DNA of 63,930 bases, the filler included, from Lama guanicoe (taxonomy: Eukaryota), in the NCBI GenBank assembly GCA_013239625.1. It is 210 parts of 210 records of this genome, joined end to end, with 100 filler letters (N's around TTAATTAATTAA, not from the genome) between each part and the next. Parts side by side here need not be neighbours in the genome. Positions count along the whole stretch, not along the records: positions 49,087 to 49,291 come from PNXV01033067.1; positions 49,392 to 49,596 come from PNXV01033068.1; positions 49,697 to 49,901 come from PNXV01033069.1; positions 50,002 to 50,206 come from PNXV01033070.1; positions 50,307 to 50,511 come from PNXV01033071.1; positions 50,612 to 50,816 come from PNXV01033072.1; positions 50,917 to 51,121 come from PNXV01033073.1; positions 51,222 to 51,426 come from PNXV01033074.1; 202 more parts are not named here. One strand, 5' to 3'. Each line of letters opens with the position of its first letter. The stretch's first letter is position 1. The notes under the pieces were generated by a model. It did not search any database, was not told the origin of the DNA, and was given only the letters and a program-made list of their open reading frames with translations. Position numbers and translations under genes: made by a program. This document shows positions 48,987-59,660 of the stretch, in pieces.

Positions 48987-49696
48987 NNNNNNNNNNNNNN
49001 NNNNNNNNNNNNNNNNNNNNNNNNNNNNNNTTAATTAATTAANNNNNNNNNNNNNNNNNNNNNNNNNNNNNNNNNNNNNNNNNNNNATATTTTCATTAGT
49101 CAGATAGCCATATTTTATTTGTAGGTGGTTTCTGTGCCTAAACACATTAAAACAAGTGTAAAACTTAGTCCAAAAGAAAAATTTAACTTAATTAACTCTT
49201 ACTTTCTACTCCTACTCTAGGAATCAACAATTTTGGTGGAGAATATAAACAACAAAACTAACACAGCAGGAAAAAATTTTACAATGCTGAANNNNNNNNN
49301 NNNNNNNNNNNNNNNNNNNNNNNNNNNNNNNNNNNTTAATTAATTAANNNNNNNNNNNNNNNNNNNNNNNNNNNNNNNNNNNNNNNNNNNNACTATAAGG
49401 AAAAAAATTATAGAGGAAAACTTTTGACCCAGTAAAAAAATCTTAAGTTCTTGAACATCAAAAAACAAAAGAAATTGACAAATTGGGTAATTACAATTTT
49501 TTTCAGGTAAAGAATTATTATCCCTAATATCTAAATAGCTCTTTGCTAAAATAATTGGTAAATATCATACTTAAGATGACCTTCAAGCAAGTTTGTNNNN
49601 NNNNNNNNNNNNNNNNNNNNNNNNNNNNNNNNNNNNNNNNTTAATTAATTAANNNNNNNNNNNNNNNNNNNNNNNNNNNNNNNNNNNNNNNNNNNN

Positions 49697-49901
49697 AAAC
49701 ATACTTTACCTATAAATACTCCATGTAGGTGAAAAGTAAAGAAATCGAGAAAGATATACTAACAACAATACAAAGAAAGTTGTAGTAACTGTATTAACTT
49801 CACATAAAGCAGATTTGAAAGAAGCAAGATTATCCGGGATAAGGAAGGGCATTGCATAATGACAAAAGGCTCCATTCTTCAAAAGACATAAAAATCCTAA
49901 A
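49697..49901 (+). mobile_element. L1 ORF2 endonuclease fragment
   Basis: VTVLTSHKAD...KIIRDKEGHCIMTKGSILQ resembles VAILISDKIDF...IxRDKEGHYIMIKGSIxQ. Confidence 0.85.
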
Positions 49902-50001
49902 NNNNNNNNNNNNNNNNNNNNNNNNNNNNNNNNNNNNNNNNNNNNTTAATTAATTAANNNNNNNNNNNNNNNNNNNNNNNNNNNNNNNNNNNNNNNNNNN
50001 N

Positions 50002-50206
50002 TTATATTGCTTCTTTAATCATTATAGAGAGTCCTTCTATATCTTTATGGCCCTTGTTTTAAAGTCTGTTTTGTTTGAAATCAGTATTGCTACTCCTGCA
50101 TTATTGTCATTTTCATTTACATGAAATATCTTTCTCCATTCTCTCACTTTCAATCTATGTGTGTCCTTCTCCCTAAAATGAGTCTCTTGTATGCAGCATA
50201 TTGTAG
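50002..50206 (-). mobile_element. L1 ORF2 endonuclease fragment
   Basis: Antisense TICCIQETHFREKDTHRLKVREWRKIFHVNENDNNAGVAILISNKTDFKTRAIKI. Confidence 0.93.
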
Positions 50207-50740
50207 NNNNNNNNNNNNNNNNNNNNNNNNNNNNNNNNNNNNNNNNNNNNTTAATTAATTAANNNNNNNNNNNNNNNNNNNNNNNNNNNNNNNNNNNNNN
50301 NNNNNNCTGCTCTCCGGCAGCAGCTGGCATCCAGGGCCTCTCCCCAGTGTTTGTGCTGCCCCTTAATTGCCGATACCGTATTTCCTTGAAATATGAAACC
50401 TCTTAAATCTCCACAGCTGTCTACATTCCACCCTGCTAGTTGTTTGACCCCTCTAACCTTTAATCCCTTCATGTGAAAAAAGGAAATACATATAAGTAGA
50501 GCTTTCTCTGCNNNNNNNNNNNNNNNNNNNNNNNNNNNNNNNNNNNNNNNNNNNNTTAATTAATTAANNNNNNNNNNNNNNNNNNNNNNNNNNNNNNNNN
50601 NNNNNNNNNNNAGTTTTATTCTATTAAAATCTCAAATCTATAAAAATTTAAATATCCTTTCAAATGCTTTGTATTCTGGAAGATTGCTAGGAAGTAAGAA
50701 AAGCCACAAAATACCAATTCTTCCAGATTCTGTTTAGAAA

Positions 50741-50816
50741 AGGATCAAGATGGCAGAGTTAGAAGATCCTGAGCTCACCTCCCCCCATGAACCCATCAAA
50801 ACTACAAGTACACATA
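50741..50816 (+). mobile_element. L1 5' terminus with YY1-type CAAGATGGC start
   Basis: CAAGATGGCAGAGTTAGAAGATCCTGAGCTCACCTCCCCCCATGAACCCATCAAAACTACAA. Confidence 0.65.
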
Positions 50817-52441
50817 NNNNNNNNNNNNNNNNNNNNNNNNNNNNNNNNNNNNNNNNNNNNTTAATTAATTAANNNNNNNNNNNNNNNNNNNNNNNNNNNN
50901 NNNNNNNNNNNNNNNNAGTCTGTTCCAGGTCAGTCCTTGGCACCTTTGTTGAGAAGACCTATTAACGCCAGCCTCAACAGAGATAAACACAAGCACATTA
51001 GGAACTGGACTGAGACCATCAATCATTTAACATAAGACAAATAGCAAAGCCTGTCAAATTGTGAACCAACCAACTCAAAATGGAGTACAAATAGCTATTC
51101 CAAAATGTTACAGGAGGTAATNNNNNNNNNNNNNNNNNNNNNNNNNNNNNNNNNNNNNNNNNNNNTTAATTAATTAANNNNNNNNNNNNNNNNNNNNNNN
51201 NNNNNNNNNNNNNNNNNNNNNGTGTACTCACCTCAGGGAGTTCTCTGCTATTCTCAAGTCCACTTGCCCTCAGAGGGTGTGCTCTGTTTTGCTCTCATGC
51301 ATACGATGGACAGGGAAGGTTGTGGTCGTCCACCTGTGCCAGCGACTCGGGGGTGGGGCAAACCAACGACTCCTTACTAGAGTCCGTTTTGATCTCAAGT
51401 CCAAAAAATCCTCTCCAAACTCACTTNNNNNNNNNNNNNNNNNNNNNNNNNNNNNNNNNNNNNNNNNNNNTTAATTAATTAANNNNNNNNNNNNNNNNNN
51501 NNNNNNNNNNNNNNNNNNNNNNNNNNGGGCAGGGGGTCGGGGAAGGGATGAGGCTGGGACTTGTGGCTCCAGAGCTAGTGCTGGCCTGTCCTTCTGAAAC
51601 AACCCAAGAGCAGAGGGCACGGGGAGACTGGAACACCCACCGGGGCTCTGGGCTCATCCCAGCCTCACCTGCCCTCCCTCTTCCTCACCTGCCGGCACCT
51701 GCTGCCAGTGGTGTCATTTATCCATTCCGTCNNNNNNNNNNNNNNNNNNNNNNNNNNNNNNNNNNNNNNNNNNNNTTAATTAATTAANNNNNNNNNNNNN
51801 NNNNNNNNNNNNNNNNNNNNNNNNNNNNNNNAGGGGGAACACACAATGCAATGCATTACAGTACAAAGAAGGCATTGAAGCACCTGCCGCACTGACTGGT
51901 GCCTTTGACTCTGCAGTGGGCATAAGGTTAAAGGGGGAAGGACAGTGAAGAAAGAACAGACCGTACCACAACCAACCGCTGATTACCCGTCAGTCACTCC
52001 TACCGCTGATTTATAAACCCATCTTCTAAAGCTCCANNNNNNNNNNNNNNNNNNNNNNNNNNNNNNNNNNNNNNNNNNNNTTAATTAATTAANNNNNNNN
52101 NNNNNNNNNNNNNNNNNNNNNNNNNNNNNNNNNNNNAGAAAGGCACCCTTGTGCTGGGACGTCCCTTCTCCAGCCAAGAGGTCAGCGGGGACAGAAGTAG
52201 AGCTTCCAAGGCTTGGAGGAGAAAGTGGCAACCACTTTGAAGACAGAACTAAGTGAAATTGACACAGAGGGTCCCTGCGATCCCTGGCTCTAGACATGAG
52301 CCAGCAGGGACAAGCCAGGACTGGCTTCAGGAGATTGGTGANNNNNNNNNNNNNNNNNNNNNNNNNNNNNNNNNNNNNNNNNNNNTTAATTAATTAANNN
52401 NNNNNNNNNNNNNNNNNNNNNNNNNNNNNNNNNNNNNNNNN

Positions 52442-52645
52442 CAGTTAGTATCTGCAAATCTTGAACTCCCAATTTATTCCTTCCCACCCTTTTCGCCCCA
52501 GTATCCGTATGTGTGTTTTCTATGTCTGTGAGTCTGTTTCTGTTTTGTAGATAAATTCATTAGTGTTTTCTTTTTTTCTTTTTATAGATTTCACAAATGA
52601 GTGATATCATATGGTATTTTTATTTCTCTTTCTGGCTTACTTAGA
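52442..52645 (-). mobile_element. Artiodactyl-type L1 3' UTR fragment
   Basis: TTTTCTATGTCTGTGAGTCTGTTTCTGTTTTGTAGATAAATTCATT...TGAGTGATATCATATGGTATTTT..TTTCTCTTTCTGGCTTACTT. Confidence 0.88.
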
Positions 52646-53355
52646 NNNNNNNNNNNNNNNNNNNNNNNNNNNNNNNNNNNNNNNNNNNNTTAATTAATTA
52701 ANNNNNNNNNNNNNNNNNNNNNNNNNNNNNNNNNNNNNNNNNNNNACCAGTATCAGAGATGTTCATGCAGAATGCTAAAGGATAGGTCAAAAATTTTTGT
52801 ATGGTAAAATTATAGTTGATTTTATTTCTTCTTCTGTGCCTGTCAAAATTAAAAATTTTTTGTACAGTAATTATATATTGCTTTACTAATAGTTCTTCAC
52901 AAAGGAGATCTTGATTGAAGAGGCTTGCCTTTTTGGCATGAGCAGCCCTGNNNNNNNNNNNNNNNNNNNNNNNNNNNNNNNNNNNNNNNNNNNNTTAATT
53001 AATTAANNNNNNNNNNNNNNNNNNNNNNNNNNNNNNNNNNNNNNNNNNNNCTGTGATTCTGCATGTCACACAGATTTCCAGAATGCATCACCAGTTGGAG
53101 ATCCTATCCTGAGGAGCAAGGATCTAGCATCCTTCTAATTTTGTAAATAAAGAATTGGAAGAAAAAGGTGAAGACATGATTTTACCCAGGGTTTGCATGG
53201 TTGGGTGGTAAAGGACCTAGACTATTAAGGGGTAAGACATTGAAGGGTAAGACAGNNNNNNNNNNNNNNNNNNNNNNNNNNNNNNNNNNNNNNNNNNNNT
53301 TAATTAATTAANNNNNNNNNNNNNNNNNNNNNNNNNNNNNNNNNNNNNNNNNNNN

Positions 53356-53560
53356 TTCTGGAGCACCTGCTCTGTGCGTGGCACCATGCAGGGCACTGGG
53401 GATGCAGCAGCACAGAACAGACAAGACCCTGTCCCACGGAGCTTGCATCCCCTTGGGCGGGGAGGTGGGGGACCTATTAATAAATACACCAGTGAACAAA
53501 CAAGCACGATTGTTTCCTAAAGCATTAAATGCCATGATGGAAATAAAGCAGGATGACGTG
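53356..53560 (-). mobile_element. L2 3' end fragment
   Basis: GAGCACCTGCTCTGTGCGTGGCACCATGCAGGGCACTGGGGATGCAGCAG...AACAGACAAGACCCTGTCCCACGGAGCTTGCAT. Confidence 0.8.
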
Positions 53561-53660
53561 NNNNNNNNNNNNNNNNNNNNNNNNNNNNNNNNNNNNNNNN
53601 NNNNTTAATTAATTAANNNNNNNNNNNNNNNNNNNNNNNNNNNNNNNNNNNNNNNNNNNN

Positions 53661-53865
53661 TTCTGTATTCTTTATTCTATAGTCTAAATTCTACATTCAG
53701 TATTCTGTACTGTATATTCTATATTCTGTGCTCTGCATTCCATGTTCTAAATTGTGGCTTCTCTATTCTCTATTATATATTCTATATTTTTTGTTATTCA
53801 TTCTACAATCTACATAAAATATACTGCATTCAGTATTCTATATTCTATATTTTGGCTTCTACATT
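53661..53865 (+). repeat. Degenerate (TATTCTA)n heptamer satellite, copy 2
   Basis: 7-bp periodicity; ATTCAGTATTCT recurs at 53695 and 53828 (133 bp apart); shares variant blocks with 41767-41971. Confidence 0.85.
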
Positions 53866-54908
53866 NNNNNNNNNNNNNNNNNNNNNNNNNNNNNNNNNNN
53901 NNNNNNNNNTTAATTAATTAANNNNNNNNNNNNNNNNNNNNNNNNNNNNNNNNNNNNNNNNNNNNTCCCGCAGCCAAGGGGGGGCACTGGGGTGGGCTCT
54001 CACCCCGTGGCCCCGGCGCCAACCCAGGACAAGCCTGTGCTCCGTCCCCATCTGCCGCCCACCCAGCCGCACAGGCAAGCGCAGGGCTAGCGCAGCAGAG
54101 CTCTCTGTCTGTCGCACTTAATGGGTGAAGAAGATTCTTCTGCTGTGTCCCCCCACCCACCAGCTGCCACNNNNNNNNNNNNNNNNNNNNNNNNNNNNNN
54201 NNNNNNNNNNNNNNTTAATTAATTAANNNNNNNNNNNNNNNNNNNNNNNNNNNNNNNNNNNNNNNNNNNNGTTGATACTTTGGGGTTTTCAAAAAATACA
54301 AGTGGTTTTTTATTATTAAACTATATTAAGCCAAGTCTTCACTCAGCTCTTAGTTTCCACGTCCCAGTTTATAGGTGAACCAGGTTCTGCTTGCTTGCAG
54401 TCTCAAAGTAGCTGTAATTTTGTTTCTTAATTTTTACTTTAGCTCCTGGGAATCTTTTTTTCTGGTTTTATGATCNNNNNNNNNNNNNNNNNNNNNNNNN
54501 NNNNNNNNNNNNNNNNNNNTTAATTAATTAANNNNNNNNNNNNNNNNNNNNNNNNNNNNNNNNNNNNNNNNNNNNTGCTCCCACCAGTAGAGCCTGAGTT
54601 TGTCACCTGGCTGGATGGCATGAAGTTCATGGGTGGGGTGGCGAAGGCTGCAGCTTCACGCCGAAGGTCTCAGCAGGGCCTTGCAGGCAGTTTCAAGAAG
54701 ACGCGCGAGCAGAACGGCCAAACACACTGAGTCGGCCTCCTTATCTTGTAACTGGCGCCGGACCTGCTGCCTACTGTCGANNNNNNNNNNNNNNNNNNNN
54801 NNNNNNNNNNNNNNNNNNNNNNNNTTAATTAATTAANNNNNNNNNNNNNNNNNNNNNNNNNNNNNNNNNNNNNNNNNNNNCCTGGTTTTTATATCTACTG
54901 CTCAAGGA

Positions 54909-55036
54909 TCCTTCCTTCCTTCCTTCCTTCCTTTCTTCCATCCTTCCTTCCTTCCTTCCTCCCTCCCTCCCTCCCTTCTTCCTTCCCTCCCTCTCTTCCT
55001 TCCTTCCTTCCTTCCTTTTCTTCCTTTCTTTTTTTT
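54909..55036 (+). repeat. (CCTT)n/(CCCT)n polypyrimidine microsatellite next to an L1 3' end (minus, 55030-55085)
   Basis: About 125 bp of almost pure pyrimidine, then TATAGTTGATTTACAATGTTGTGTTAATTTCTAGTGTATAGCATA. Confidence 0.9.
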
Positions 55037-56749
55037 AAATTATAGTTGATTTACAATGTTGTGTTAATTTCTAGTGTATAGCATANNNNNNNNNNNNNNN
55101 NNNNNNNNNNNNNNNNNNNNNNNNNNNNNTTAATTAATTAANNNNNNNNNNNNNNNNNNNNNNNNNNNNNNNNNNNNNNNNNNNNTAGAATTTTACCATC
55201 CAGAGATGGACAGATAGCACTATGGTTGGGATCCATCCCTTCTGTAGGCTTTACCTCCAGGCGCTGTTTTGAAATCAGCGTACATTGAAAGTTGTGGATC
55301 ACCTGCAACTTAGCACATCAGGGAAACCAGGGTTACTGCTCTGCACAGCTGCAGGAAGAATTGTTCTCTGGAAAAGGACACACAGAATGCNNNNNNNNNN
55401 NNNNNNNNNNNNNNNNNNNNNNNNNNNNNNNNNNTTAATTAATTAANNNNNNNNNNNNNNNNNNNNNNNNNNNNNNNNNNNNNNNNNNNNATATGGCACC
55501 TTTGAAACAGACCCAAGACAGCCAGAGATTCCATGTGACACAGAACTTCTCCTTGTTGGCTGCTACCCTTCTTGAGCTTTGACAAAATAAAGAGGATGAG
55601 GACATGAGAAAGATTAAAGGACCTCTCATTAGGGGTCAGGAATTGATTTTTTGTTGTTGTTTCCTGGAAATCCATTATGAAACGCAGACAGGTCTNNNNN
55701 NNNNNNNNNNNNNNNNNNNNNNNNNNNNNNNNNNNNNNNTTAATTAATTAANNNNNNNNNNNNNNNNNNNNNNNNNNNNNNNNNNNNNNNNNNNNCTGGG
55801 TCCCCCTTGCAGGCTTCGCTGTTTCAGGGGAGGCTCAGCCCTTCGCACCCAGGGTGCTAGCCCTCGCTTTTTCTCATGCTTAGGCCATAGGACTTTGTGT
55901 GCAATCTCATTTTCCTAGCAGGCACCTCTTTCCCCTTCACCTACTCAGACACTCATTTTTCTTCATGATCACGTTCTCCTACTTAAACATACACACTTAG
56001 NNNNNNNNNNNNNNNNNNNNNNNNNNNNNNNNNNNNNNNNNNNNTTAATTAATTAANNNNNNNNNNNNNNNNNNNNNNNNNNNNNNNNNNNNNNNNNNNN
56101 TCCCCAGTCCCAGCTCTTAAACTTAAACTTAAACCTTAAGCCTATGACACCATCACCTGGGGGTGGAGGCCACACCAGGGGCCCGGGAGATTAGGGGAGG
56201 GTACCTTGATGGGGAAGCAGGGAGGCAGCTGGGCACAGGTCCTCTCACAGTCAATGCCTGCAGTGAAGGCCACCCTGGCTGGGGACTCGGGGGCGAAGTC
56301 CAAGTNNNNNNNNNNNNNNNNNNNNNNNNNNNNNNNNNNNNNNNNNNNNTTAATTAATTAANNNNNNNNNNNNNNNNNNNNNNNNNNNNNNNNNNNNNNN
56401 NNNNNGTAGGAACTTCTGTTCCTCACAATATGCTATCAAAATACTTGAAAAAAATGTCAGACTTTGCCTACCCCCTAATGTAAAGTAGAAAGAAAGAGTC
56501 AACATCAGGGCCCATGTTACACTCTTTCTTGTGGGACACTGAGGTCATGATAAAACTGGATGAGATGTTCTTGGAAACATGGAAATATAATAGTTACTAG
56601 TGGGATGGTANNNNNNNNNNNNNNNNNNNNNNNNNNNNNNNNNNNNNNNNNNNNTTAATTAATTAANNNNNNNNNNNNNNNNNNNNNNNNNNNNNNNNNN
56701 NNNNNNNNNNACCAGAGGGAACAGGTAGGGGAAGCAGAGAAGCAGAGAC

Positions 56750-56805
56750 GAAAACACACACGGACACACACACACACACTCCCACACCCACACCCACACC
56801 CACAA
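56750..56805 (+). repeat. Imperfect (CA)n/(CCCACA)n microsatellite
   Basis: Seen directly in the sequence. Confidence 0.85.
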
Positions 56806-57320
56806 AGGGCAGAGGCCAGAGGCCGGGTGAGCTGAAAGCAGGAATGCTCCAAAAATAGCACTTCCATCTAAGAAACCGTAAGACTTCCTTGACAATTTGT
56901 AGGATCTGCCATTCTNNNNNNNNNNNNNNNNNNNNNNNNNNNNNNNNNNNNNNNNNNNNTTAATTAATTAANNNNNNNNNNNNNNNNNNNNNNNNNNNNN
57001 NNNNNNNNNNNNNNNTTGTTTCATTTTTTTCCCACTTTGGTTTTCTTTGGATGTGAAACATTAAACAAACTGACATTCTTACAATACCGATGATTATAAT
57101 ATTAACCTCATTTCCAAAACATGAACACAGACATGATAGCCACAGCTACAACTGACAGTTAATCACATGAGAGACAAGCACAAAAAAGATCACAAAGCAA
57201 AAATGAAATTGCACAACTTTNNNNNNNNNNNNNNNNNNNNNNNNNNNNNNNNNNNNNNNNNNNNTTAATTAATTAANNNNNNNNNNNNNNNNNNNNNNNN
57301 NNNNNNNNNNNNNNNNNNNN

Positions 57321-57525
57321 CTTGCAGTCATGGTTAAGGGCATGGCGTCTAGAGACAGCCTATCCGGGCGTGGTTCCCTCCCTTTCTAACCATGTAACCA
57401 GGATATGTAATCCCTTTCAGACTCACTTTCTTCATATACAAAAAGTGGTACTATCCATCTCAAAGACTGTGAGCAGTAAGTGATAAAATAGATGAAGAAC
57501 TTAGAATAGTGACCGGCCTATTTTG
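57321..57525 (+). mobile_element. MIR SINE, near full length and degenerate
   Basis: CATGGTTAAGGGCATGGCGTCTAGAG...CTCACTTTCTTCATATACAAAA...GAACTTAGAATAGTGACCGGC. Confidence 0.75.
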
Positions 57526-58235
57526 NNNNNNNNNNNNNNNNNNNNNNNNNNNNNNNNNNNNNNNNNNNNTTAATTAATTAANNNNNNNNNNNNNNNNNNN
57601 NNNNNNNNNNNNNNNNNNNNNNNNNTAAATAAATAAACAAATAAATAAAATATTTTTTAAAACAGAAAAAAGGAAATTTCCCTGAGGGTAACTGGATGGA
57701 AGTTACCCTTCCCATGGAGCTAATTTTGTAGAAACTGGTTTGGTTCTATTTTCTCTAATAGAGCCACTCATAAAATCTTCTAAATGAAATTAGTTTCTTT
57801 CAAATTACAAATGAATTTATGATGATCATTNNNNNNNNNNNNNNNNNNNNNNNNNNNNNNNNNNNNNNNNNNNNTTAATTAATTAANNNNNNNNNNNNNN
57901 NNNNNNNNNNNNNNNNNNNNNNNNNNNNNNCTTTTCAGTCACTGCTCATTTGGGAGGGGAAAGAAACTCTTTTACCCAGCGCCAAATAGGTGAACATGTT
58001 TATCCCAGCTGACGATGGATGCCCTGGTAATAACCCAGGAAAAGGAAGACAAATGTGTTTCTGCAAAACGGTTCTTTTGTCTTAGTGATTCAGAGTCCCG
58101 GGGGCAGCTGCCGTGTTGTGCTGACTCTCTGGGCANNNNNNNNNNNNNNNNNNNNNNNNNNNNNNNNNNNNNNNNNNNNTTAATTAATTAANNNNNNNNN
58201 NNNNNNNNNNNNNNNNNNNNNNNNNNNNNNNNNNN

Positions 58236-58440
58236 CACGTCCCAGTACATCATTCCTTTTATAACTGAATACAGTTTAATCATATGGATACAGCGCATTT
58301 TGTTTGTCCATTCAACAGGTGGATATCTGGGTTGTTTCTGCCTTTTTTGACTATTGTCAGTAGTGCTGCTGTAAACATTTGTACACAAGTATTTCTTTTA
58401 ATACCTGTTTTCAATTACTTGGCGGTTTATACCTCGGAGA
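58236..58440 (-). mobile_element. L1MB/MC ORF2 end and 3' UTR fragment
   Basis: TCATTCCTTTTATAACTGAATA...TATGGATACAGCGCATTTTGTTTGTCCATTCA...GTGCTGCTGTAAACATTTGTACACAAGT. Confidence 0.85.
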
Positions 58441-58686
58441 NNNNNNNNNNNNNNNNNNNNNNNNNNNNNNNNNNNNNNNNNNNNTTAATTAATTAANNNN
58501 NNNNNNNNNNNNNNNNNNNNNNNNNNNNNNNNNNNNNNNNAAATACATCCCTACTCCCTTTCATTATTGTGGATAATTGAGCACTGCCAGTGTCAGGAAA
58601 GGGCCACGTTTTGATTAGTGCTTTGAGTTCTTTTTCCCAATAAAATTGAAGCAGTGCTCTCTCTTTTTTTAAATAATTTTTAAAAA

Positions 58687-58745
58687 TTTTTTTGGGGTAA
58701 GGGGAGATAATTAGGTTTATTTATCCTTAGAGGAGGTACTGGGGA
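58687..58745 (-). mobile_element. Camelid Vic-1-like SINE 3' tail
   Basis: GGGGAGATAATTAGGTTTATTTATCCTTAGAGGAGGTACTGGGGA; same architecture as 25380-25502. Confidence 0.7.
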
Positions 58746-59549
58746 NNNNNNNNNNNNNNNNNNNNNNNNNNNNNNNNNNNNNNNNNNNNTTAATTAATTA
58801 ANNNNNNNNNNNNNNNNNNNNNNNNNNNNNNNNNNNNNNNNNNNNGCTAACCCACGGGGCGCTGCACAGGACGGAAGATGGTCAGCAGCCGAGATGAGGT
58901 GGGAGCAGTGAGAACCCCCGTCCCGCGTCCTCTCCGCCAGCCCAGCTGCTGCCCCACCGCACATCAACAACCTCGGCACGGGAGGCCGACTCCTGCAGCC
59001 CGGGGTCTAATCTGAGGTGGTCCGTGGGCTCCTCCCCTCCTGGAGGATGGNNNNNNNNNNNNNNNNNNNNNNNNNNNNNNNNNNNNNNNNNNNNTTAATT
59101 AATTAANNNNNNNNNNNNNNNNNNNNNNNNNNNNNNNNNNNNNNNNNNNNAAAATTGTGATATTTTATTATTTCTTCTTGATTTATTAGGTCTAAATAGT
59201 CTATAAAGAAGAAATTTTCCTCATTAATTATTTGGTTACTTTAAACTGTAGTTTTAAGCTTTGTAGTAATGAAAATACTTCACAATCCAGCTCTGACCTG
59301 TCTTGTCAGATTCAATCTCTCCCCCCTCACCACACATAGATTTTCCCCAGGAGTGNNNNNNNNNNNNNNNNNNNNNNNNNNNNNNNNNNNNNNNNNNNNT
59401 TAATTAATTAANNNNNNNNNNNNNNNNNNNNNNNNNNNNNNNNNNNNNNNNNNNNATTGGGACTAAATATGCAACAAACCTGGAGAACTTCAGTAGTCTG
59501 AGTTTTAATTTATCACATTTATAATTGTACAGCATATGTACCAAAAATA

Positions 59550-59660
59550 TCCTTAGAGAATATCTAGTCTAGTTTTCTCCTTTTATGTAGCAGAAAGCTG
59601 AGGTTCAGGACAGGTAAGTGGATTATCCCATACTTAACTTGTTACTCAGGTTACAAAGCT
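59550..59660 (-). mobile_element. MIR-like fragment
   Basis: CCTTTTATGTAGCAGAAAGCTGAGGTTCAGGACAGGTAAGTGGATTATCCCA. Confidence 0.55.
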
